From Octopus sinensis (taxonomy: Eukaryota), in NCBI RefSeq assembly GCF_006345805.1, contig NC_043000.1, positions 53,382,001 to 53,446,000 of the forward strand: a DNA stretch of 64,000 nt. The letters run 5' to 3'. Numbering within the stretch: position 1 is the stretch's first letter; each line of letters begins with the position of its first letter. Below are positions 50,986 through 64,000 of the stretch, piece by piece. Position numbers and translations under genes: made by a program. The notes below the pieces were generated by a model that saw only the letters and a program-made list of their open reading frames with translations, had not been told where the DNA came from and did no database searches.

Positions 50986-51311
50986 TGTCTTTCTTTATCC
51001 TACTTCGCATAATGTCATGATCACGAATCATTAACAATCTAAGTTCCTATTGTTCCTTCTTGCATACGCAGCAAGGAAAATTACCTGGTTACTATACTAT
51101 CTTGCTTCCTTGGTCATTGTATACAATGTATCTTGTTATGTAATTTATTTATTTTCTCTGTATTCATTGATGACTAAAATTAGGAAAAGTACTTGAAAAA
51201 TAATGTTATTGTTAAACTTTTAACTCATCAATATTTTTTCCTTTCTTTACTCCTCACAGCATCATCATCATCATCATTATTATCATTATCATTATTATTA
51301 TCATTATTATG

Positions 51312-51368
<57 letters not shown>

Positions 51369-51370
<2 letters not shown>

Positions 51371-51590
51371 GGTGGTGAGTTGGTAGAATCGTTAGCTCAC
51401 TGGACAAAATGCTTAGCATTTAGTCCATCGTTACATTCTGAGTTCAAATTCTGCCAAAGTTGAAATTGCCTGTCATCTTTTCAGGGTCAATAAAATAAGT
51501 ATCAATTGAACAGTGAGGTCAATTTAATCAACTTGGCTCCTTCTCCCTAAATTGCAGGCTTTGTGCAAAAAATTGAAACCATTATTATTA
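51369..51590 (+). mobile_element. SINE family B
   Basis: AAGGTGGTGAGTTGGTAGAATCGTTAGC head, located in a (TTA)n tract. Confidence 0.75.
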
Positions 51591-54500
51591 TTATTGAGTG
51601 GGAGAGCAATGCATGCCATGAAAGTGATGCTATGGTACATCTTTTATACCAAGACAAAATATGTACATGATAATACTCCCAATCAGTTAAGATCAGAAGC
51701 CATGAGAGCCAGTGCCTGGTACCACATCTAACAGTGTGGTTAGGGAACTGCAGATGATTGCAGCTAGGTTGATATTATGTACCATATTTCCTACATTCTT
51801 TTATCACTTCTTTGTTTACTCTTCAAAGTAGTAGCATATTCTTCTGGACATAAATGCTGAATCATTTGTGTCCACATGTATTCAGGTTTAGCAAGAACAA
51901 GAAGTGATGTGATCAAACGTCTCATTGTACTGGTTGCACATCCTTCACTTGAGGTTAGATGTTATTTCACCATTATATTTTTTTATAACAACCTGAAGGG
52001 TGGGACATAGCTGTTAGTACTTCAAAGCTTCTATTCTAAACTGTTCACATTGTGTACCTGGTACACGAATGTGTACATTGCATTAGTGGTTTACTACCAC
52101 CAGACTTAGTGCCCTGTCTTAAATAACATCTCTTCAAACAAAATTATGGAAGGTATAAGTTCTAATGGGCAGGTAATGAATCATCTGCTATTAAATATTC
52201 ACACCAAGAGGGTCTCCTCTTTCATGGGTGATGATACATTGGCATGTGTTGTCACTGACATATCTACAGAGATTCCTAGTTGACATGGGTGATGTATTCA
52301 CACTGCATGGGACTTGTTTTTACAACTTGTTTCCTACCTGCAATCTTGTCTCAAATGAAGATCAAAGCATCAAAACAGGATGTTGGGCATACAGAATGTC
52401 ACCAGGTGCTTACTGTACTCTACCAGCTGAACGGTATGACCCCTAGAAAGTCAACATTAGATTTTGTAGAGGATTGGCATAAGATATAATACTGATTGGA
52501 GAGTACTTTTAGGTGTCGATAAAAACAATTGGAATAGATGCTTCCAGATGACATTCAAGTTGGGAAATATGAACAATTTCCAAAAGTCCTCGCCCTGCAA
52601 ATACTGCAGTGTGGGGGAATTTCCCTGTTTGAGATAAACTCTACAGATCACATGTTGGCACTGACAACTAACCATTTGCAGGGTAACAAAAACATCCAGC
52701 ATGTACTTTTCAATATTCTCGCTAATTTATGTCAACCATCAGTAATCACATTACCAAGATAGTTCTGGTTATCTGTCAAGACTATCATTAATATTGACCT
52801 ACTGCCATCATTTTGTAATGGAGAGTGAGTTGTTGTTTTTTTTTATTGATGGCCATTACAAGAGAAGTTGTGTAATGGATATTACAGAAAGGTATGAGGG
52901 GAAAGTTTTCCCACTCAGGCTAAACCCTTACTAGGGTCTTTAAACACCACTTCAAGAGGGAGGTAAGGGTAGAGAGAGAAGACTTGTCATCTAAGTAAAT
53001 TGTATGAAAAGTGGTTGAAGGTACTGAAATCGACATGACTAAATGGATTCAAATTGTGTACTTACATGCTGCCAACATAATCTTGAAGATTTCATTTGAA
53101 TATTGTATGTTGGGAAAATTAAAAGTTTTGTGCTGACTATCTCAAATTACCTTATATATTATGTCTCTCGTTTTCACACTACTTTCTTGTTACTGTTATA
53201 CATTGCTATTGATATTTAATACCACATATCTGCTACTGTCATTGTTTTATTGTCCATTTTTCACTTCTATCTCTATGTATATATATATATATACACACAC
53301 AGACACACACACACGCATTCACACACACACATACACACACACACACATAACACATATTTATTAATTTTTTTGTTTGTTTTGCCTTTTGCCTTTGTTCTAT
53401 CACCCAAAATCTGGACATTAGTGGCTAATGAAAGAAATTATTATTATTACATGCATTGTAAAATTTGCTTGTTAAAACTTTTAATTTTTTTTATTAATAT
53501 TTTTTACTATTTATTTTTCTTTTATATTCCAGATCAGTAACATAAGTAATTAGTATTTCAAAAATCAAAGGAAATAAAGTGTATAATTTCCCATCAAAGC
53601 AAATATGTTCAGATAACTTCTGCAACCCACATGTTAACCTTACAGAAAGAGAAAACAGAAAATAAATGCATAAGAAATATACAGAAAAAATAAAAGTAAA
53701 AATAAAAGTTACCAATATTACAAATCAAAATTGCAAATATGATTGCAAAGAAGAGTTAGCGAGATATGAGTCGGGCAATATAAAGTAAATAAATAAATAA
53801 ACAGATAGATAAATATCAGAAAGTAAAACAAATATGATATGAAAGATAAGCTAAGTGAAGAGAAGTATCAGTTAACAATATAATGCATACTTATATAAAA
53901 ATGAAACCTATAGACTTACAAGAGCAAAATACCTATGCTGTAGTTATGTTGGAGAAATTTTGCAGACACCAAAGAAAAAGGGAAAAAAAAAAAATTGTGA
54001 AACATGTAACAATCATAATTCCTTAATCAGCAGTGGAAAATAATTGGTTGGGGGAAAATTGTGCAGTAAAACTAGAATATGAAAAAAAATAGAAAGAAAC
54101 TGAAAAAAAATCTATAATGGATAACTATAAAGAAAATATATGTCTGACAATAATCGCATGATATCTGAAGGCTTCTCTTTTACTAGCTACTGCACGAAGA
54201 TAGGTGTGAGAATCATTTGAAATAAAAAAAGTAAATAAATAACAGCAAATGTTTCAATCATTTAGTATTTTGTTTTTGTTTTTTTTATGTAGATGATATG
54301 GTATTTTCAGTACAGATAATAAAATGATAGTTTTACAACCACACGTAAGAGTAATAATTTCTAACAGAGGCATGAAATAGGTTACAAATTTCTGTGGGAG
54401 AAACCAGTCGGTCATAACATTCTCAATTCTTGATGAGTACTTAAATATATTAGCCCAAGTACCTTACTGGTATTTGAAATAATCGATCATGAATGAATAA

Positions 54501-54629
54501 AGTAGGTATTTGGAAACGTATAAAGGATAATTTATATAATGAGTTGATGAAAATTAAACAAGCTCAGTAAAGATAACACAGAGAAGAACTCAAATGAATG
54601 TGAACTGAACTTCTGACTTCTTCATCCAG

Positions 54630-54695
54630 GGCAAGGCCCATGGCATTGAGAGTGGTTATAAGAAAACTCCAAATAAAGCTGTTGTGGAGGTTGAG
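54630..54695 (+). CDS. candidate 66-nt internal exon
   Basis: Acceptor TTCTGACTTCTTCATCCAG and donor GAG|GTAAAC. Open as GKAHGIESGYKKTPNKAVVEVE (phase 0) or ARPMALRVVIRKLQIKLLWRL. GC-richer than the flanks. Confidence 0.3.
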
Positions 54696-55349
54696 GTAAA
54701 CACAGGCTTGATACACTTATTTACATGTAACACAAAAAAATATCAGATTATAAAATAATGGACAAAATTTATAGACAAAGAAATTATATAATTACTTATT
54801 TCAGCAGTTGTTTCAAAATGCCAAGAGTACAATAATAACTATAATTTAGAAGTTATATGTGCATAATTTTAAACAACTGAAATGGAATTCTGTTCTTTCA
54901 TGAGAGACAGATTTTCTGTTTTACCTTTTCAGTAAGGTTGTAGTATTTAAAGAAAAATTCCTATCAAACTCTTTGTAAGCAATCTATCTTTGCCCCATGG
55001 AAAAAGTAGGTGTCAAATCTTATATAATAAATACATTAACAATCTTAGTGATTATTTATCAAAAGCATTGGCTAATGTCATTAAGAACTAAATGTATAAA
55101 AGGTATACAAACAATAATTGGATGAAAGTTTTTTAGATTAAATACATACAAACATGTAGATTAATTTGGCATCTTTAGAAAAGCATTTAAGAACATGATT
55201 GTACAAAACTACATACATATATTTAATTCATTTACTTATAGCTTTATAAATGCTCTTGCATTCATTGCACAGCATATCTAAGCAAGCCACAATCCAATTG
55301 TTTCCTTTATCTTCATTGAAAATAAATAACTTTTAATGTAAATATTACT

Positions 55350-55419
<70 letters not shown>

Positions 55420-55779
55420 TTCTATGGATGTCATTCAACCTCTGTATTTATCTCCAACTTCAACCAAGTAATTAAAGAGTGTCAGAATGCAGCATTTTCA
55501 AATTTTGTTCTTCAGAGTTGGGGGGAGGGTTTGTGTGGTTGGTTATTATCTCGTAAAAGTCCTCTTACTACGAATACTAATAAGGGGAGAGAAATAATAA
55601 ATTTATATATCAGAGATTTCACATGACAACAAAGAAATGTATAGGGTAAACCAAAATATAAAAAACACTCTCCCTATATATATATAAATTTAGTAAATGT
55701 TGTTTTAGAGTGCATCTTATTTGTAGTATGTTACAGTGAAATGAAAGTTTATTATAGTTCTTGTTGGACAGACTCCCTC

Positions 55780-56000
55780 TTAGTCTCACTTACTTGTTTC
55801 AGTCATGTGACTGTGGCCATGCTGGAGCACCGCCCTTAGTCAAGCAAATCAGCCCAGGACTTATTCTTTGTTAACCTAGTACTTATTCTATTGGTCTCTT
55901 ATACCGAACTGCTAAGTTATGGGGATATAAATGCACCAGCATCGGTTGTCAAGCGATATTGGGTGGACAAAAACAGACACACAAACACACACACACACAC
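55780..56000 (-). mobile_element. SINE family A 3' part
   Basis: TTACTTGTTTCAGTCA..GGCCATGCTGGAGCACCGCC..CACCAGCATCGGTTGTCAAGCG as in 309-704. Confidence 0.8.
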
Positions 56001-56010
56001 ATACATACAT

Positions 56011-56069
<59 letters not shown>

Positions 56070-56959
56070 ATATATATATATTTTCCACAAAGCATGAGTT
56101 CTCAAGTGATATTGTTTACACTCTAACCATAATTTTTTAGGCAATACATTTTAGTTGTTCATAAAAAACTTTTTGCCACAGAAAAAGCATTATGAATTAA
56201 GTTGGTATGACAATAGCTAAAAAAAAAGTAGTTACTTCTTTGGATGCGCCGAAAGGCACATTAGCTTGATAACAACTTGAGGCATGGATACCTTTGATTA
56301 AGGGGTTTCTGCAGGACCAAACCAAGTCTCAAAAAAAGATTTTCGGTATTTTGAGTGATATATGATTTATAAATTTAATAGAAATTTTGTAATTTCATGT
56401 TATCACCAGTCATAAAGTACCTAAGATGTGTAATTCAAAGGTATTTTGACAGTGAAATGGGTCACTTGCAATAGCAATCATTTCTTGTACTTGCAAAATA
56501 TACGAGATATTTTTAATAAATGATATTTTTACATAGTACTATGCTGCCTTATTTGGCAAAACATATTACCAAATAGCCAAATAATGTCAAGAACATCAGA
56601 TACTGTATATAGGAGACAATATCTTAATGAATGTGTGTATGTGTAAAATATGGCGTATATATCCATGAAAATATATGTACATATATATATATACACATAC
56701 ATAAATATATGTGTGGTACAAATATATAAATATTTTAATGTTCATGTAATATATATACTTAGTACACAAGTATGATATAAATATGAGGTCAACTCAAATT
56801 ACCAATTAAAAGCAACTCTGGTAATGTAAACGCTATTCATCATATATGTGCAATGTATATGTTCTGTTTATATGCTAAATTTGTTATGAGATAGTGTCTA
56901 GGAAAGCTCCGTACACAATGCTGAGTGTTAAAGAACATCTGAATGTCACAGACCAGGTG

Positions 56960-57330
56960 AGACAACTGCCTCAGAATCACCAAGAATGATTCTGGGACCC
57001 CCTTCGGTCACGATACAGACCATGGGATTGCAACTAGAAAGTTACCCTCCCAGGCACAAGTCCGGGCAAGGTTGTTTATGGAAGACCAGCAGTCACCCAT
57101 GCATACCAGCCTCTCCTCTCCATGCCACCATTATTATCCAAGGGAAAGGCAACGCTGATACAGTTTGGCACCTGTGACATCACAACTTATTTCTACAGAT
57201 GAGTGAACTGGAGCAACGTGAAATAAAGTGTCTTGCTCAAGAACACAACATGCAGCCCAGTCCAGGTTTTGAGCTCACAACATCACAATCATAAGCCCGA
57301 CGCTCTAACCACTGAGCCATGCGCCTTCAC
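56960..57330 (-). mobile_element. tRNA-derived SINE, family C
   Basis: Minus head GAAGGCGCATGGCTCAGTGGTTAGAGCGTCGGGC, central GTGTTCTTGAGCAAGACACTTTATTTCACGTTGCTCCAG. Confidence 0.8.
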
Positions 57331-58155
57331 AAGAATGATAGATACTGATATTTCACCATTATTGTGGCTTCTCAATATTATGTATTTGAATAATATCAAA
57401 ATAAACTTCTTGATAAAATATCCATGCCATCACTGACATTGCTTATATCACATATACATATAGGCATATAAAGTACCTTCCCTTTATTAACTTAAGAATT
57501 AATTTGTTGCATTAAACCTATATACAATGAAATATTTGAAAGATAAAGCTAGAAGTAAATATCTGGTCTATGACTTATATGCAAATAGAGAGAAATCTAT
57601 TTGCTGATGTGCTGAGGCATAGCACATGTGAAAGCAAATTAGATTACAAAAAGTAGGTCTAGTTATGTAAACATTATCAATCACACATGCACCATGTAAA
57701 TGTGTCTATATATTGAATTTGCTATAGCATCCAGAGAATACCCCCTATATGACATCGGGTGTTAAAAACTACGTGTATGTCACAGACAAGAGAGACAACT
57801 CACCTGAGAACCACTGACAATGGTAGATATCGATATTTCACAATTATTATGGCTCATCACTACCATGTACTAGGACCATCTGGAAACAATTTGAATCTCT
57901 GGTCTTTGACTTACATGCAAGTGAGTGAAATATACTTGCTGATGTGCTGTGGCATAGCACATGTGAAAATATATTAAATTAAGAATTAAAAGCAAATTCT
58001 AAACAATATCTGGATTTACTTATTATACATAACGAATTACCTTGGATGTTAATTCTATTTGAATTTATCAGTATCTGATTGTTTGATATACTTAACCAAA
58101 TTCATTTAACACTGTGTGCTTTCTAGATATCTGCCTAGATGCCTTTTACCTCTTG

Positions 58156-58192
<37 letters not shown>

Positions 58193-58218
58193 TGTCTATA
58201 TGTATGTATGCATGTATG

Positions 58219-58257
<39 letters not shown>

Positions 58258-60579
58258 CAAAATATATGTATATATATGTACATATATAATATATACATAC
58301 ATATACACAAACACACATATAACACAGATCAGACCCACACACAGATATAGATAGATATATGTTTGTATGTGCAAGTGTGCATGCATATGTATATGTTTGT
58401 GTGTTTTCTGTATGTGCATGTCTATAGATGTATAGATGTATGTTTGTGTGTATGCATTTGTGTTAGGGAGGAGGAAGGTGAATCAGGAAAGAATACGGAG
58501 AGAAAGAAAAGGAACATGTTGAAATGTAAAGAATACTGTAGAAAGAATTACATGCCAGCGCAAAAGAAAAAAAAAGAGGAAGGACACACACACAAATACA
58601 CACACACACACACACAGCAAGTAGAAGCACAGACATAGTGTAACATATGACAGACCTTACATGCACATGGACAATAGAAGCTGTTTATCCCAGCTGGCAA
58701 TGTAACATTAACTAGCACCTGCACACAATGGAAAACATTGGATTGAGGGTGTACAGGAAATGTATATACAATATACAACTCAGTAACAGAACAGAGAATT
58801 CGTTAGGGCGAAGGAAAATGAGAGAGGGGGATTATTACTAGAATTATGGTATGGGGTAAAGCAGAAAGGAGTGGTTGGTAAAAGGTATTTGGGTTTATAG
58901 GCAAATGACTTGTTATAAGATTGTGTGAGGAAACCGAATCGATTTCCATGTGGAAGAATACCCATAGATCTCTATTATATTTTGTTTATATAGATTTGTA
59001 TTTATTTTATTTTGTGATAGTATTAGATATGATGAAGTGCCTTATCCTCTCCCTTCAAAAATGAGAGATGAGATGCAGTGGATTTATTTCAAATAACACT
59101 AGCAAAAAATGAAATACAATGGTATATATGTGAGCAGTATGCTTATCATGACTCTACAAAAATATAACTATCTTTATTAGCAGAGACGTTAAAGTTTTAG
59201 ATAGAATGCTCTGTGGTATTTGTGTCAGTTGTGTACACTCTGAGTTCAAATCCCAGTGAAGTCAAATTTGCCCTTCGTCTTGTAGGGGGAAAAAAAGAAA
59301 AATATGCCATTCTAGGATTGATGTCAGTTCTTTTTCTGAGAAGGAGATGGTTTGTGTTCAGGCATGGACCGACTCTGTCAGGATTAATATACCATGACAT
59401 GTTTCATTATCAGGAAATTGGGGGTGGATCACTGAAAAAATGGAGTTTCTTGTATAGCTTTGACTACTATTCATATTTTCTAAGTTTACTGAACACTGAT
59501 ATGAGAATAAATTATCAACTTATACAAAGTTTATTTTAAATATTTTTTCCACAATTAAGTATTCTGTTGCATCTTTTTTAAATTATTTCTATGTCAACGT
59601 TTTTTGTAAATGTCATCCAGTATCTTACTAGCTATTCATATTATATATCTTATATCACGTATTATAAATTACTTCATAGATGCAGATTTCTGAAATTTTA
59701 ATGAGCCAATCACTTGCTCATTGCATTTAAGATTAGTAACATTATAGAGAAACTGATAATGATATTCAGGAGGCACTTATGTCCCAAAAGAGATTTCTTT
59801 TGACTTGAAAGCACAGAATTATCAATATACTTCACTTCTGCACAGCTTTGATCTTCCAAATTCTATTCACAAGGCCTTATCTATTTGATACTCTGTAGAA
59901 GACAATGAGCAACAGGATGACACTCAGAAGGAGGTGTTTGTGAACTGAACTTCTTAATGAAACATCCATGCCTGCATTCATATTACAATACTATCTTCTT
60001 TTTACTTATGTGTATAAATTATCTTGCATTGAAGCAACTTCCTTCCCTGACTTAAGAATTAATTTGTCACATTAAACCTATACACAATGAAATGTTTGAA
60101 AGATAAAACCAGAAATATTATATGAATCTTTCAAAAAATTCATATGCAAGATAAACAACTATGAGATCAGAAGCTAATAACTATTAATGAAAAACATCAA
60201 ATATTTTCCACATTTCGAAAGTTTACTAAATAAGATACGAAAATAAATAAAGCGAGCTGCTAGAGAATTTTACCATAACAATAGTATTGTCTTAACAAAA
60301 AAGTGATAATATTAATATATTTCGCTATAGCTAAAATCAATACTATTATTAAAGATACTTAGACATTGAAAACAAAAGCGTTATGCCATTTTCTATCTCA
60401 AAACAAAACACTAACAATCATATTACAGTACTTATAACTATATCTGATTTTAGTACAACACGTGCTAAACTTCAATAGTAATTCCACCTAAGATATTTTT
60501 TTTCCTTTGTAAATTGTTTCAGTTATTAGACTGAAGGGCTATACAATGACACTGCTTCTAAAGTGTCATTTCAAACCCT

Positions 60580-61888
60580 TATGAGATGGTATCAAAAGGT
60601 TCCTGGACTAGTTTTGTAGTGCATCAACAGATGGCAGCACACAATTGTGTGCATGGTGAGAGCTAGCAGTGACCATTATGAGACAGCGTATCAAATGTTA
60701 TTGCTGTGTTTACTTCACAAGGTGTGAAATTTGTTCTGTAACAACCTCTATGCTGCAGTCTGCGATTTTTGTCATGTACAGGAAGTTGGAACAAAGAGCC
60801 AACAGGAAATTTTGCATTAAACTTGGGAATTCATTACTGGTGGCAAGAATTGGATCCAACTTTTAGATGAAGCAGCAGTGGTCACAATGGAAGAGCACCT
60901 CATCTCCACGACCAAAGAATGCACAAGAGAGCCACAACTCCATCAAGTGCATGCTCGTTGTTTCCTTGACATCCGTGGCATTGTGCACCTAGAATTGTAC
61001 ATTGAGAGTTCTAGTGCAAGGTTTTGAAGTGTTTGAAGGAGGACTTTTGGTGAAAGTGATTGGATCTGTGGGGCACAAAGTATTGAATTCTTCACAACAA
61101 CAATACTTCTTCTCACCAAAATCTTCTCACTTGTGAGTTTCTTGTCTAAAACAACATTTTATCACTTCCCCACCTGCCCCATTTCCAAATGTAGCACCTG
61201 TAGTCTTCTCTCTCTTCCCCAAGATGAAAATGCAGCTCAAAGATCACTGTTTTAACACCATTGCGGAAATCCAGAGTGAATCGCAGAAGATCCTCAACTC
61301 ACTAATGGATAGTGACTCCCAAGCTGGATTCCAAAAGTGGTAGGAACACTGGGACCAGTGTGTTGCTATGCAAGGTGATTATTTTGAAACAGATAATCTT
61401 AAAACTTCTATACTCTTTTACTTGTTTCAGTCAATTTTAACTGTGGCCATGCTGGAGCCCCACCTTTAGTTGAGCAAATCAACGCCAGGACTTATTCTTT
61501 GTAAGCCTAGTACTTATTCTATCAGTCTCTTTTGCCGAACCAATAAGTAACGGGGACATAAATACACCAGCATCGGTTGTCAAGCGATGTTGGAGGGACA
61601 AACACAGACACACAAACATATATACACACATACATACATCTATATACATACATATATACCAAAACCTTCTTTCAGTTTCTGTCTACCAAATCCACTCACA
61701 AGGCTTTGGTCAGCCTGAGGCTATAGTAGAAGACACTTGCCCAAGGTGCCACGCAGTGGGACTGAACCCGGAACTATGTGGTTGGTCAGCAAGCTACTTG
61801 CTACACAGCCACTCCTACGCTTGTAAATAAGATTTTTTTTTTCATGGAACATAACTGGTCCGGGAACGTTTTGATACCATTTCTTATA
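60580..61888 (+). mobile_element. mariner (Tc1/mariner) transposon relic with both TIRs, internal deletion and nested SINE
   Basis: Left TIR TATGAGATGGTATCAAAAGGTTCCTGGACT matches the reverse complement of 61857-61888. Decayed peptides: KLEQRANRKFCIKLG, QWKSTSSPRPKNA, and FPKMKMQLKDHCFNTIAEIQSESQKILNSL..QAGFQKW*EHWDQCVAMQGDYFE. Confidence 0.85.
61409..61820 (-). mobile_element. SINE family A inserted in the mariner relic
   Basis: Full copy homologous to 309-704, lying between the transposase end and the right TIR. Confidence 0.9.
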
Positions 61889-62409
61889 TCAAGGCTGACC
61901 ACATACTTTAATATGCAGTCAGAACAAGAAGTGATCTCAGTTCACAGACATATGCATCATACGACATTTATAAATGAAAATAAGAACTATTGACAGTAAA
62001 CATTGTTATCCCAAGATTAGAAAATTGTCTTGTATTAAAAAAAAAAATTTTGTTTCTTGTTCCTGTCATCGGATTGCAGCTATGCTGGAGCATTACCTTG
62101 ATGGATGTAATAAGACAAATAGACCCCTGTAGTTTATTAAAAGCCTAGTAATTATTTTGTTGATCGCTTTTTACCAAACCACTAACTTACATGGGATGCA
62201 AGGAAATCAATATCAGTAGTCAAGCAGTAGAAGGGGTTAACTGTGTCAAATGCACTATATACATATGTGTGTGTCTATCTATCTATCTATTTGTCTATCT
62301 ATCTATTTATCTATCTATCTATCTGTTTGTCTCTTTGTCTATCTATCTATCTGTCTATCTATCTATGAGCCATCATCATCATCATCATCATTTGATATCT
62401 ATCTTCATG

Positions 62410-64000
62410 CTGTACTTGCTCTTTTTAGGTAGATTATTTCACACTTCTTGAGCCCAAATTCCCTTCTAATATCAACATTAAAAGAGTGGACCGCGTTCAC
62501 CAAGGAACTCACTTGTGTCTCATCCTTGCCTTACAGTTTCCATTCATGCATGCAGAGGAGGTGGTATGGGATTTCTCTTTTAGGTGGCGCTCCAGGTTCC
62601 CTTTCCGAAATACCAAAGTCAGGAGTATCATGCAGAGAACAAAAACCAACGCTATCACCCTGGAGAAGCTATCATTCTGGAAAATCCCATTTCAGATATC
62701 CAGGGTGCCCAAGCGTTTCCCTTAAGATGTCACTTCAGTTTTCCACTCCACCATACTTCTCTTCAAGAAACACGTTTACATTCTTCACAAATCCAAACAG
62801 ATCTAAGCATTTGATGGTCCACGTATGTGAAATCATATCACAAGCTTTGTGATAGTCAATCCAGGTCATTCCCAAATGTGTTCTTCGTTTACAATCTTGC
62901 ATTACCATTTTGTCTATCAATAATTGATCTTTGGTACCTCTGCATCTCCTTCTACAGCTTTTTTGTTCTGTCATTGATATATTGTTCTCATCAAGATATT
63001 TGTAGTTCTTCTGCAATTTCTCCTGACAGTAACTTCCACATTAATGAGAGGCACGAAATTGGCCCGTAATTGTCATCAGTATTTTCCTTTGATGCAGTTT
63101 TCAGACGCAACACCGTTCGTTTTTTTCTTAGCCAGCCCGTGATTTCTTCTCCATTATTGATCATTACATTAAATTGCTCTACGATCAATATATGGCAACT
63201 GCTGAACATTTTTATGCAAAATCCCTGTACACCGTCAGGTCCTGCTGATTTCTAGTTGCTTATCTTTTAACTCATTCTACGGATACTGTCTTCTGTCTGC
63301 TGAGGATAAGAAGGCGTTTGCTTAAGGCTGCAGAACCATTCAGCTGTAGTATCATGCTGCACTTACTTACTCCATATCTTACCCCAGAAAAGTCAACTTT
63401 CATCAGCACAGGGCCTAATATTTCACATTTATTATCATTATTAATCTCTTGATAAAATCTTTTTTGGTCGGTTCTAAGCAATCTGGTTTGTCGATATTAT
63501 TTAATCCGTTGTTCAAACCTAGTTAGCTTTGCTTCTCTTTTGACTGTGGCCAGGCTGGAGCACCGCCTTTAGTTGAGCAAATCGACCCCAGGACTTATTC
63601 TTTGTAAGCCTAGTACTTATTCTATCAGTCTCTTTTGCCGAATCACTAAGTAACGGGGACATAAATACACCAGCATCGGTTAGCTTTGCTTCTCAATATG
63701 CGCTGCTTCAGTTCGTCAGTTACAACATTCAGGCCTTTTGTTTCTACACCATTACTTCTTCCTAACTTTTTCTAATTTCCATTTATTCTTAAGTTCTCCA
63801 TTTATTTTCCTAACAAGTTTTGACCCTACACTGTTCAAGGAGTTTATATTTTCAAATTTTTTTCCTTTTCACCACAGTTGTTTATTTCCTTTTCTATCCA
63901 TCGCTGTTCTGTTCTCAGTAGTTCTCATCCATTCTGTCACAATCTTGTTAGCAGCCTTGATAAGATTATTTGTTTGTGTAATGTTCTTAACCTCAATGTA
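62410..64000 (-). pseudogene. degenerate reverse transcriptase region of an RLE-type (R4/Dong-like) non-LTR retrotransposon
   Basis: Minus-strand peptides: [85 protein letters not shown] and HLLCMHEWKL..EFGLKKC. Multiple stops and frameshifts; runs off the window. Confidence 0.85.
63538..63678 (-). mobile_element. internal SINE family A fragment inserted in the LINE, flanked by a 16-bp direct repeat
   Basis: GTTAGCTTTGCTTCTC at 63522-63537 and 63679-63694. Confidence 0.85.

Noticed and set aside
52180-52800. Cluster of short ORFs on both strands
   Set aside because: Probably a decayed LINE, but no motif could be matched with confidence, so it is left unannotated.
59213-59539. 108-aa plus-strand ORF
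   Set aside because: The first half lies in a SINE family B copy, and the rest has no supporting motif or donor site.

Overview
AT-rich animal genomic DNA that is almost entirely intronic or intergenic. The repeat content (abundant tRNA-derived SINEs, RTE, CR1-like and R4/Dong-like LINE remnants, mariner relics, dense (TA)n/(TAA)n/(CA)n microsatellites) suggests a coleoid cephalopod, probably Octopus; this is inferred from repeat recognition and was not checked by a search. No long protein-coding ORF is present. Most listed ORFs are microsatellite or transposon artefacts, and only a few low-confidence splice-bounded exon candidates of an unidentified host gene were found. The main discovery is RNA-level. 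A ~505-bp tandem repeat array at 23.9-25.2 kb, inserted in (TA)n, carries a minimal type I hammerhead ribozyme on the minus strand of both complete units (fully paired in one, a single stem I mismatch in the other) and ends in a ~125-bp fold-back. This is the architecture of Penelope-like pseudo-LTRs and retrozymes. A second, unrelated hammerhead-bearing element with 55-bp inverted repeats lies at 19.8-20.2 kb, and several decayed hammerhead-like relics occur elsewhere. Also present: Dong-like LINE 3' ends inside (TAA)n arrays, a LINE-derived triple C2H2 fragment, an RFX X-box in a promoter-like segment, MITE/fold-back elements and a near-identical 1.32-kb tandem duplication. Boundaries of old repeats are approximate (+/-20 bp or more).
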